Origin: Promethearchaeota archaeon
GTDB lineage: Archaea; Asgardarchaeota; Lokiarchaeia; Sigyniarchaeales; SOKP01
Reading direction: 5' to 3'
Assembly: GCA_048941265.1 (NCBI GenBank)
Contig: JBHLNT010000045.1
Location: forward strand, 1-26,885
Length of the DNA stretch: 26,885 nucleotides
Below are positions 18,360-26,885 of this stretch, piece by piece. The position numbers and the translations under genes are program-made. Below the pieces are notes generated by a model that saw nothing but the letters and a program-made list of their open reading frames with translations, was not told where the DNA came from and searched no databases. The first letter of the stretch is position 1. The number at the start of each line of letters is the position of its first letter.

Positions 18360-19817
18360 TTGTCTTTTACTCCAGAAGAAGTATTAGAAACCAAACAAAT
18401 GATTGAGGAACAGGGATTAGATGTTCGATCCATAACTATGGGAATTAATATCTTAGATTGTGTAGATCCCTCATTAGATGTTATGAAAAAAAAAATCGAA
18501 AATAAAATCTTCTCCTTAGCAGAAAATTTATCTGATGTTGCAACCTCTATAGAAGATGATTATGGAATTCCAATCATTAATCGACGCATTACTGTATCAC
18601 CTATATCTCTCCTTCTGGGTTCTTTGAAGGTAATCCAAGAAATGCCCCTTAAAGATATTCAGGCATTTAACGATCCATTATTTCATAAAGATAAAATCTC
18701 TAGCCCCCATATCTCAGAAGAGGTTATAAATTCATGCGTTGCTATAGCAGAATCATTAGATTCAGTAGCAAAAAAAGTAAATGTGGATTTTCTCGGGGGT
18801 TTTGTAGCATTAGTGCATAAAGGTTTTACAAGGGCAGATCTATGTGTAATTCAAAGCTTACCAGATGTGTTATCTTCAACTGAAAGAGTATGTAGTTCGA
18901 TAAATGTGGCATCTACGCGATCTGGAATGAATATGAATGCTGTAAAAATGATGGGTGAAATAATACACCAGATTGCGATGAGTACGCGGGATCATAATTC
19001 CATAGGTTGTGCAAAATTAGTTGTATTTGCAAATGCTGTTGAAGATAATCCCTTTATGGCTGGAGGCTTTCACGGAATAGGTGAGGCTGAATGCTGCATT
19101 AACGTCGGTGTGAGTGGTCCGGGCGTAGTAAGAAATGTCGTACGACACGAGCGTAAAGCAGATTTTGAGACATTGGCAGAAGTAATTAAAAAAACTTCTT
19201 TCAAAATAACAAGAATGGGGCAGCTTGTTGCTCAAGAGGCAGCTAAAAGATTAAATATACCATTTGGCATTGTAGACGTCTCTTTGGCACCTACTACCAG
19301 ACCGTACGACTCAGTAGCAGGAATTTTAGAAGAGATGGGTCTTGAAACTACTGGTGGACCAGGTACAACTGCCGCCCTTGCGTTACTTACTGATGCCGTT
19401 AAAAAAGGAGGTCTAATGGCTTCTTCTTATGTAGGTGGATTATCTGGAGCATTCATTCCCGTGAGTGAAGACAAATTTATGAATGATGCTGCAAAAAAAG
19501 GGATATTAACCCTTGAAAAACTTGAAGCGATGACTTCAGTATGTTCCGTGGGCTTGGATATGATTTGTATTCCAGGTTCCACGCCACCAACCACGATATC
19601 AGGAATCATTGCAGATGAGGCTGCAATAGGAATGATTAACCAAAAAACTACTGGCGTGCGAATAATTCCTGTAATAGGTAAAGAAGTAGGAGATGAAGTA
19701 GAATTTGGAGGATTATTGGGCAAAGCCGTAGTTATGCCTGTAATAAGAAGTTCCTGCGAAATGTTTATTAATAGACAAGGTAGAATTCCTGCTCCAGTAC
19801 ATTCGCAAAGAAATTAA
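18360..19817 (+). CDS. DUF711 / UPF0210 (PFL-like fold) protein
   Basis: [68 protein letters not shown] and GRIPAP. TTG start after SD AGGGTGA (18344-18350). Confidence 0.95.
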   Translation: MSFTPEEVLETKQMIEEQGLDVRSITMGINILDCVDPSLDVMKKKIENKIFSLAENLSDVATSIEDDYGIPIINRRITVSPISLLLGSLKVIQEMPLKDIQAFNDPLFHKDKISSPHISEEVINSCVAIAESLDSVAKKVNVDFLGGFVALVHKGFTRADLCVIQSLPDVLSSTERVCSSINVASTRSGMNMNAVKMMGEIIHQIAMSTRDHNSIGCAKLVVFANAVEDNPFMAGGFHGIGEAECCINVGVSGPGVVRNVVRHERKADFETLAEVIKKTSFKITRMGQLVAQEAAKRLNIPFGIVDVSLAPTTRPYDSVAGILEEMGLETTGGPGTTAALALLTDAVKKGGLMASSYVGGLSGAFIPVSEDKFMNDAAKKGILTLEKLEAMTSVCSVGLDMICIPGSTPPTTISGIIADEAAIGMINQKTTGVRIIPVIGKEVGDEVEFGGLLGKAVVMPVIRSSCEMFINRQGRIPAPVHSQRN

Positions 19818-19866
19818 GTAGAAAAATTACCTAATATTACCTGTTTTTTCATTACTTTATCATATT

Positions 19867-19939
19867 TCTTATGTTTAAAAACTCTAAAAATTAGTACCAT
19901 TTTTAAATTCAGAATGGAACATAATTAGAGAGCATAAGA
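19867..19939 (+). other. Predicted long imperfect stem-loop upstream of the tcmP-like gene
   Basis: Nested complementary blocks TCTTATGTT/AGCATAAGA, CTCTAA/TTAGAG and CCATTTT/AGAATGG, found by eye. Confidence 0.4.
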
Positions 19940-19948
19940 TAAAAATTC

Positions 19949-21064
19949 TTGATCGATATGTGTTGCTATGTATTAAAAGACGAAAAACTAATTCACATTG
20001 AAGAAAAAACTCAACAATTCAAATATGAATTCTTGTCTTCTTATATCCCGATGTGGAATAAAATTATTTGTGGTAGAGGCAGAAGACCAAGGGCAATTAT
20101 TGATACACATGCGGGAACGGGTAAAGTAAAGTTAGAATACAAGGAATTATTAGGGTCTTGTGGGTTATTTCTGAAGAAAACAGCACTAAAACAAGAATTG
20201 CTCGAATTTTATTTTATTGAAAAGGATTTTAAAAATTATCATGCTTTAAAGAAAAATATAAATGAAATATGTAGAAATGGTTTTCATTTTTCACCCAAAT
20301 ATAAAATCGATACTGAAGGTATTCAAAAAGACGGTCTTCCTTATGAAAAAAAGGTAAAGTTATATAGCTCTCAGATTAAGTATCCAAAATTGGAGCAAAT
20401 ACATTTTTTTAGGGGTGATTGCGTTAATATTATTGGACATGTTCTAAAAGAGATAAATGGAATTCCTGCTTTCTTTTTCATAGATCCTTGTGGAAAATTT
20501 AGTTGGAAATTAATTGATCTCATTATTAAAAATCGCATTTTAGATGAGAACGGCAATATCAAACTGGAGCCAAATGGAAGAAAAATTCAGGGAACAGAGT
20601 TATTTATCAATTTTTCTTGGGAAGCTGTGCTTCGTAATATGACAAAAAAGAATGGCAGAGCCCAATTTTTTAATGACATGTTTGGAATCAATTATATTGA
20701 AGTTCAAAAAGAAGTTGCTAAAGTTAAAAAAGAAAAAAAAAAATCTCGAAAACGATATCATACCTATAATTTATATATGGATGTTTACAAAAAAAAACTT
20801 GAAGAATTTTTCGATTATGTAATAGAGATGTCTATTATAGGGATAAAATCAGAAAAAAATCCAGTTTATGTTATGATTTTTTGTAGCAATAACGAAATTG
20901 CTAATAATCTTTACCAAAATAAGGAAGCCGAATTAAATAAATTAAAAAGCCAATATCAACACCTAAAAAATTTATCTCCCCATAAAAAAGAGTTCTCTTA
21001 TAGTAAATATAAATCCTTTATGGAAGGACAAAGATTTATTGACGAATTTTTTGATATTAATTAA
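19949..21064 (+). CDS. tcmP: Three-Cys-motif partner protein (TcmP)-like, SAM-methyltransferase fold, with C-terminal PIP box
   Basis: KYEFLSSY, IDTHAGTG (motif I-like), FYFIEKD, GDC, FFFIDPCG, TELFINF and YVMIFCSNN appear in the order typical of TcmP. Ends in QRFIDEFF. Alternative start ATG at 19958. Confidence 0.75.
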   Translation: MIDMCCYVLKDEKLIHIEEKTQQFKYEFLSSYIPMWNKIICGRGRRPRAIIDTHAGTGKVKLEYKELLGSCGLFLKKTALKQELLEFYFIEKDFKNYHALKKNINEICRNGFHFSPKYKIDTEGIQKDGLPYEKKVKLYSSQIKYPKLEQIHFFRGDCVNIIGHVLKEINGIPAFFFIDPCGKFSWKLIDLIIKNRILDENGNIKLEPNGRKIQGTELFINFSWEAVLRNMTKKNGRAQFFNDMFGINYIEVQKEVAKVKKEKKKSRKRYHTYNLYMDVYKKKLEEFFDYVIEMSIIGIKSEKNPVYVMIFCSNNEIANNLYQNKEAELNKLKSQYQHLKNLSPHKKEFSYSKYKSFMEGQRFIDEFFDIN

Positions 21065-21175
21065 TTTAACCCATAAAATCTTAATAAAATCATTTATCGG
21101 ATTGAAATTAATTAAAGCATATATATAAAAAGTGTTATTATCATTACATTTTTAGAAATTTAGAAACTACAAAAA

Positions 21176-24100
21176 ATGCAATACAATCCTGAAGAATTAA
21201 GAGAGAAGTACAAAGAATTATTTGAATATTCTTTAGATATCGTTTTCGTAATTGATTTAGTGGGAAATCTTCTTGATGCAAATGATGTATTACTAAAAAA
21301 AATTGAATATATAAGAGAAGAACTTCCAAATCTAAACTTTAGAGATTTACTTGATGATGAAGAACTCCGAAAAGCTAATAAAAATGTAAAAGATTTTGTT
21401 AAAATTGGACACCAGTCGAGCTATACTGAGTATAAAGTTAAAACTAAATCAGGAGCTAATATATTTATAGAGACTTTTGGTATTCCTTTGATAAAAAATG
21501 GAGAAATTTATGGGATTTTATGTATTGCAAAGGATATCACAGACCTTAAGAACGCCCAGGAAAGTTTGAAGAGATCTGAGAAAAAATATCGAGATCTTTT
21601 TGAGACTACTCCCTTTTCAATTGTGCTGCTAAACTCGGATGGTATTGTTGTAGATTGTAACCCTACACTTGAGAGGATGTTTGGTTATAAGAAGGCTGAA
21701 ATTTTAGGTCGACATTTTGGAAATGTTTCAATTATTCATCAAGATTTTTTATCGTATCTCCTCCAACTCTTTACCAAACTCTTAAAAGGAGAGGAAGTGC
21801 ACAGAACTGATATTCAAATGTACCGAAAAGACGGTAATTTAATTTGGGCAACTATTCAAGCAACTAATGTAAAAATCGGCGGCAATCCCTATGTGCAAGT
21901 AGTAATTCATGACATTACAAAACGCAAGAATCTAACTCAGAAATTATTGGAAAGTGAAAACTTATACAAAACCTTAGTTAGAACATCTCCAGATGCTATA
22001 ATCGTGACGGATTTAAAGGGAAAAATTATTGAGGCTTCTCAGAAAGCAATTGAAATTTATGGGGGGAGTACTGTAGTAGATCTAATTGGTGAGAATTCTT
22101 TCGACTTCATACATCCTGAAGACAAGCAAAAAGCTATGGAAAATCTTCAAAAAACCTTAAAAGGTGAAACTTCCAGGGAAGAATATAGGTTATATAGAAA
22201 AGATGGAACTCAATATATTGGTGAATTAAGTGCCACCTTAATTAAAGATGCTGATGGGAATCCTAAAGCTTTTATAGGTATTATGCGGGATATCACAGAA
22301 AGAAAGCTTGCGGAAAAATGGCTAAAAGAAAGTGAAGAACAGTATAGGCATTTATATCAGAATGCTCCCATAAGTTTATGGACCGTAAGAATTTCTGATG
22401 GAAAATTCATCCGAGCAAATGAAAATGCGGGCAAAATTGTGGGTTATGATAATCTCGATGATTTTCTAAATAATTGTACTAGTATGGATATTGTTCCTGC
22501 TGATTATAGGAAAGAATTTATGGCAAAATTAAAAGAAAAAGGTGAAATAACAGGAATCGAGGCAAACTTTATTGATAAAAAAGGGAATGAAAAACATATC
22601 ACAATATCGGCGAAACTTTACGAAGAAAAAGGGTATTTTGAAGGAGTATCGACAGATATAACAGAACTTAAGAAAATGCAAAAGGCTCTACAAGCATCTG
22701 AAGAGAATTATAGACATTTATTTCAAAATCTTCCCGTTGCTACATATGTGTGGCAAAAATTTGAAGAATCTATAAATTTGATCGATTATAATGAAGCGGC
22801 TGAAATAATTACTAGTGGAGGTGTTAAAGATTTTATAGGGATTGCAGCTTCAGAGTTATATAAAGATAGACCGGATATTTTAAGAGACTTATATCGTTGT
22901 ATCGAAGAAAAAACCCAAATAAATAAAGAGATAAAATATACATTCCATACATCAAAATTAGAAAAAATATTAAAAGTAAATTACGCTTACATCCCTCCAG
23001 ATTTAATATTAGTTCATACAGAAGACATTTCTGATTTAAAGAGAACAGAACAAATGTTAAAAGAATCAGAAGAGAAATACCGCTTAATTTCTGAAAATGC
23101 TAATGATTTGATTGCTATATTTTCACAATTAGCAAAATTTGAATATGTAAATGAAGCTCATCTGGAAGTGTTGGGATATTTGAAAGAAGATCTGATTGGA
23201 AAATCCGTATCAGAATTCATTCATCCCCGTGATGTTAGACTCCTGACTAATATTTTAAGTGATCTTGTTAAATATAGTGAAGGGAGGACTGAATTACGAT
23301 TTAGAAAAAAAGATGGTACATACCTTTGGCTTGACATTAGAGGAAAAACTTTTATAGAAAAAAGTGGTGAATTAAAAGGATTAACGATATCCAGAAATAT
23401 CACAGAAAAAAAAGAGGCTGAGCAACGACTAAAAGATTCAGAAGAGCAATATCGAGCAACAATCAATTCCTTTTCTGATCCTTTACATGTGGTCGATAAA
23501 GATCTGAAAATCATTTTAGCAAATCCCGCTTTTGAACGCTGGCTTATTAGTTTGGAAGTGGATGAAAATATTGTAGGAAAGTCTATTTTTGAAGCCTTTC
23601 CATTTTTACCAGAAATAGTTCGCAAACAATATGAACAGGTTTTTAGCAGCGGTATTCCGCATTTTAGTGAAGAGAATACCGTCATAGGAGATAGGGAAAT
23701 TATCACTGAAAGCCGTAAAATACCTATTTTTAAAGGTGATAAAGTCGATCAGGTAGTTACGATACTAAGAGATATTACCGCAAAAAAAGCAATTGAAAAT
23801 AAATTAAGAGCGTCTGAAACGAAATATAGACACTTATTCGAAAGTGCGCCTTTCTTAATTGGTTTAGCAGACTTGGATGGTAAGGTATTAGCATTGAATT
23901 CTTCCACCAACAAATTTATAACAACACATATGAAAGATGAATTAATCGGTAAAAATTTTAGAGAGATTTTTTCATTCCATGAGGGAGAGAATGCAATCAT
24001 ACCAAAAGCAGAAGAACAAATAGATAAGTTGCTTAAAGGCGAAGTTACAGATTTTTTTGAATTTCCTCTAGTAAGAGCTGATGGAAGTGTCCAATGGGTA

Positions 24101-25282
24101 AATCTTAATTTGTCCCTCATCAATATAGAAGATCAGACTTTAATTCAACTTATCATGCAAGATATTACCAAAAGAAAAATAACTGAGCAGCAATTAAAAA
24201 GATCTGAACAAAAATTTCGAAGAATTTTTGAATCGATTCCTGACTTTTATTTCTTAATTTCAAGTGATGGAATAATTCTTGATTTTAGAGGTAAGCGAGA
24301 GGAGCTTTATGTTCCCCCTGAAGATTTTCTCGGAAAAAATATAAGAGATATATTTCCGAGATATTTTATAGATTTAAGTATTGAAGCAATAAATAAAACC
24401 ATTGAAACGAAAGAACCTACAATTATCGAATACAGTCTTCCCATTAGAGGTGAAGAACGCTATTATGAGGCTCGTGTACTTTACTTTTCGAAAAATCAAG
24501 TGGCCATATTCGTTCGCGAGATCACTGAAAGAAAAAAAGCAGAGTTGTTAGTTGAAGAGGAGTTTGAAAAGTTAAAAGAGCTTGAGCACATTAGAAAAGA
24601 CCTCATATCACGAGTGTCCCATGAATTAAAAACTCCCTTAATACCCGTAATTAGCGGCTCAGAACTTTTGATGTCAGTATATAATCATCAAATAGGGAAA
24701 GAAGCGCGTGAAATAATTGAAATGATAGATAAAGGAGGTAGAAGACTTAAAGAACTCATTGAACAATTACTAAATGTTTCTCGAATAGAGTATGATAAAT
24801 TAAAACTAGAAAAAAAGAGAAATGATCTGAGTAAAATTATTATAGAAAGTTCTAATGATATGAAATATCTTTTTCATCAACGAAAATTGACCTTAAAGTT
24901 AGATATTCCTGATGAATTTTGGATCGATATTGATAAAAATAGAATAGGTGAAGTCATCACAAATTTATTATCAAATGCCATGAAATTTACTCCGCCATTT
25001 GGAAAAATTACTATTAATTTGCATGAAAAAGATGACTGGGCAATACTTAGCGTAAATGATACTGGTGTAGGACTCACAGAAAAAGAAATGGCCGTGTTAT
25101 TCACTAGGTTCGGAAAAATTGATAGATATAATGAAGGATTAGAATATATTGATATAAAGGGTTCTGGTCTGGGTTTGTATATCTGTAAAGAAATTCTTAA
25201 AATGCATGGCGGAGAAATATGGGCTCAATCTGATGGAAGGAATAAAGGAAGTACCTTTATCGTAAAATTACCAATTAGATAG
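21176..25282 (+). CDS. Soluble sensor histidine kinase with nine tandem PAS domains
   Basis: Nine units starting SExxY/FR-like and ending DIT/DIS/NIT/EIT. H-box SHELKTPL, N-box NLLSNAMKF, DTGVG and GSGLGL. No TM segments and no receiver domain. Confidence 0.94.
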   Translation: MQYNPEELREKYKELFEYSLDIVFVIDLVGNLLDANDVLLKKIEYIREELPNLNFRDLLDDEELRKANKNVKDFVKIGHQSSYTEYKVKTKSGANIFIETFGIPLIKNGEIYGILCIAKDITDLKNAQESLKRSEKKYRDLFETTPFSIVLLNSDGIVVDCNPTLERMFGYKKAEILGRHFGNVSIIHQDFLSYLLQLFTKLLKGEEVHRTDIQMYRKDGNLIWATIQATNVKIGGNPYVQVVIHDITKRKNLTQKLLESENLYKTLVRTSPDAIIVTDLKGKIIEASQKAIEIYGGSTVVDLIGENSFDFIHPEDKQKAMENLQKTLKGETSREEYRLYRKDGTQYIGELSATLIKDADGNPKAFIGIMRDITERKLAEKWLKESEEQYRHLYQNAPISLWTVRISDGKFIRANENAGKIVGYDNLDDFLNNCTSMDIVPADYRKEFMAKLKEKGEITGIEANFIDKKGNEKHITISAKLYEEKGYFEGVSTDITELKKMQKALQASEENYRHLFQNLPVATYVWQKFEESINLIDYNEAAEIITSGGVKDFIGIAASELYKDRPDILRDLYRCIEEKTQINKEIKYTFHTSKLEKILKVNYAYIPPDLILVHTEDISDLKRTEQMLKESEEKYRLISENANDLIAIFSQLAKFEYVNEAHLEVLGYLKEDLIGKSVSEFIHPRDVRLLTNILSDLVKYSEGRTELRFRKKDGTYLWLDIRGKTFIEKSGELKGLTISRNITEKKEAEQRLKDSEEQYRATINSFSDPLHVVDKDLKIILANPAFERWLISLEVDENIVGKSIFEAFPFLPEIVRKQYEQVFSSGIPHFSEENTVIGDREIITESRKIPIFKGDKVDQVVTILRDITAKKAIENKLRASETKYRHLFESAPFLIGLADLDGKVLALNSSTNKFITTHMKDELIGKNFREIFSFHEGENAIIPKAEEQIDKLLKGEVTDFFEFPLVRADGSVQWVNLNLSLINIEDQTLIQLIMQDITKRKITEQQLKRSEQKFRRIFESIPDFYFLISSDGIILDFRGKREELYVPPEDFLGKNIRDIFPRYFIDLSIEAINKTIETKEPTIIEYSLPIRGEERYYEARVLYFSKNQVAIFVREITERKKAELLVEEEFEKLKELEHIRKDLISRVSHELKTPLIPVISGSELLMSVYNHQIGKEAREIIEMIDKGGRRLKELIEQLLNVSRIEYDKLKLEKKRNDLSKIIIESSNDMKYLFHQRKLTLKLDIPDEFWIDIDKNRIGEVITNLLSNAMKFTPPFGKITINLHEKDDWAILSVNDTGVGLTEKEMAVLFTRFGKIDRYNEGLEYIDIKGSGLGLYICKEILKMHGGEIWAQSDGRNKGSTFIVKLPIR

Positions 25283-25309
25283 AATTTGATTATAAATTTA
25301 CGAGTTTTC

Positions 25310-26734
25310 TCATTGTTTAGTTTTTATCTTTCCTTCCATTATAAGTTTTTGAAGGTATTCTTTTTCTTTCTTCTCGTGAAGATCCATGATATAATTCTTT
25401 TTCTCACGCCATTCAGGACCATCGAGAGGGTAAAATAAATATAGTACTAAAGCACTAATACCTATTAAAACAGCTGGTATAGCGCTTACTGCCACAAGTA
25501 TACCTGTGAGGGCCATTTCTGTTTGCACACTCTTATTTGGATTAAATCCATATGAAGTTAAAATTAATAAGAACAACCAATTTGCAATAGAGATGGGCGG
25601 TTTATTGACAAGCGCATTTACACCTCCATATATCGCCTCTCGTCTCTTGCCTGTGATTAACTCATCATTATCAATTGTATCTCCCATTATAACAGGTATT
25701 GCCACCATACCACCCGCAAACCCAACTCCTATAAGAAAATAGGGAATCGCTGCCAGAATCGCATTCCGACCAATAAAAAATAAAATAGTTAATCCTATAG
25801 ATATTATTACTAAATTTATAAATGCCGTGTTTTTAGGATGCAATCTAGGGATTAATACAATTGTCAGAAACATTCCAACAATTATTCCTATTATGAATGA
25901 TAAAATGAAGTATACTATATTTTGACCAGCGACTACAAACTCAATATAATAAAGAAATCCTGTTGATATGATTGGAGTGACTAAATAAATACAAAACATA
26001 GGAATCATCAATATCCAAAATGGCTTATTCTTAAAAGTTAGCTTTAGACCTTCAAAAAATCCTTCATGAGGTTGCATTTGAGCGAACATATTTTCTTTTA
26101 TAAAAAATGATGTAATAAATAATGTGAATACACAAGCTACTGCAATAATGATTATTACCAATCCGAAGTATGGTGGTAACCCCTCATAGCCTGTAAACAA
26201 TATAACAGGAAGAATTATTCCTAATACCAAATTTCCAAAAGTAGCAATAGCGTTATAAATGCTTATACTTGCACGTTGTTTGGCTGTTACAGCCAATTCA
26301 TTTGGTAAAGAAAAATAGCAAGCTCCTACAAATGTAAACATAGTGTCCAATAGAAATAATGCTGCTAAAAAATTGAAGAATAACGCAATTTTATTATCTA
26401 GAGGAGCTATTGGAAACCAGCAAAAAATAAAGGCTAAACCATAAAGAAAAGAGCCATAACGTATGTAAGGAATGCGTCTCCCTATCTTAGTCCTTGTATT
26501 ATCTATTAAATATGAGGCCAACGGATCATTTGAAGTGTTCCAGATAGCAAATATAAGCCATCCAATTCCCAGTAATTCAGCAGATAAACCTAATTTGACC
26601 TGATAGAAAAACGTGAGATTTGCAAATACAAATCCATTAAGTATATTATTTGCAAAGATTCCTAAACTCAGGTTGATTTTAGTTTTTGAGGAGACATATT
26701 CCTCTGGAATTTCACTTATTCCATCCATAAACAA
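25310..26734 (-). CDS. MFS transporter, GPH (MelB-like) family
   Basis: WNTSNDPLASYLIDNTRTKIGRRIPY and GDTIDNDELITGKRREAIYGG motifs, about 12 TM segments. Alternative start ATG at 26728. Confidence 0.9.
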   Translation of the reverse strand: MFMDGISEIPEEYVSSKTKINLSLGIFANNILNGFVFANLTFFYQVKLGLSAELLGIGWLIFAIWNTSNDPLASYLIDNTRTKIGRRIPYIRYGSFLYGLAFIFCWFPIAPLDNKIALFFNFLAALFLLDTMFTFVGACYFSLPNELAVTAKQRASISIYNAIATFGNLVLGIILPVILFTGYEGLPPYFGLVIIIIAVACVFTLFITSFFIKENMFAQMQPHEGFFEGLKLTFKNKPFWILMIPMFCIYLVTPIISTGFLYYIEFVVAGQNIVYFILSFIIGIIVGMFLTIVLIPRLHPKNTAFINLVIISIGLTILFFIGRNAILAAIPYFLIGVGFAGGMVAIPVIMGDTIDNDELITGKRREAIYGGVNALVNKPPISIANWLFLLILTSYGFNPNKSVQTEMALTGILVAVSAIPAVLIGISALVLYLFYPLDGPEWREKKNYIMDLHEKKEKEYLQKLIMEGKIKTKQ

Positions 26735-26808
26735 TCTTAAATCTTTAATAATTTAAATTTTATTTTTAAGTGTACTAGACAGTAAATTCAATGTCAAAAA
26801 GAATATTC

Positions 26809-26822
26809 AAAAAAAAAAAAAA
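26809..26822 (-). terminator. Poly-T tract on the minus strand (A14 on plus), probable terminator of a gene beyond the window
   Basis: Run of 14 A followed by a second A run. The upstream gene is not visible. Confidence 0.35.
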
Positions 26823-26885
26823 TAAATTCAAAAAAATTTTTTTGTTTTTAAATTTGAATAGTTTTAATCACTAAAATCACCTACG

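Noticed and set aside
19818-21175. tcmP region as a defined mobile element
   Set aside because: No transposase or integrase, terminal inverted repeats or convincing target-site duplication were found on both flanks.
21176-24540. Roughly periodic nucleotide similarity (gatat(c/t)ac...gaatcagaaga) as a CRISPR or tandem repeat array
   Set aside because: It only reflects the DIT...SEEKYR PAS linkers inside one continuous ORF, with about 370-nt spacing and low identity.
14973-25282. LOV photoreceptor domains among the PAS repeats
   Set aside because: No GxNCRFLQ motif; equivalent positions read GRNYLEL, GRHFGNV, GENSFDF and GKNFREI, without the cysteine.
1815-25742. Short alternative-frame or antisense ORFs in the track (e.g. 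1815-2024, 3246-3470, 4689-5006, 6075-6485, 6696-6995, 10282-10560, 19427-19723, 23221-23706, 23749-24123, 25506-25742)
   Set aside because: They overlap well-supported genes, lack recognisable motifs, and look like shadow ORFs of AT-rich or hydrophobic coding strands.
1-26885. Selenoprotein/SECIS or other stop-codon recoding (Lokiarchaeia are known to use eukaryote-like SECIS elements)
   Set aside because: No gene shows an in-frame TGA interrupting a conserved domain. The TGA stops at 1412-1414 and 25310-25312 fall at natural C-termini, and the hairpins seen lack an AUGA/GA core.

Overview
AT-rich, gene-dense window with 20 supportable CDS (one truncated at the left edge). I saw no rRNA, tRNA, CRISPR array or transposase. 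Several features point to an archaeon, most plausibly Asgard/Lokiarchaeia-like (inference): GGTGA/GAGGT ribosome-binding sites, frequent TTG starts, poly-T tracts after stop codons, giant soluble multi-PAS histidine kinases and paralogous GPH-type MFS transporters. Most of the content is metabolic or transport: SAM methyltransferase, flavodoxin-fold pair, FTR1 iron permease, PIG-L deacetylase, DUF401, two MFS, two alpha/beta hydrolases, MOT1 transporter, OYE-type flavoenzyme, AbgB-like amidohydrolase, ACT+DUF711 and two PAS kinases. The best novelty candidates are: (1) an orphan TcmP-like methyltransferase-fold protein ending in a canonical PCNA-interacting PIP box and preceded by a long stem-loop; (2) an Old Yellow Enzyme whose HxxH/NxY catalytic motif reads NxxHxW; (3) a PH/GRAM-like protein with an inserted glycine zipper; (4) a recurring intergenic inverted repeat TCTATT-N12-14-AATAG(A/G). 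No complete novel multi-gene system can be demonstrated from the sequence alone.
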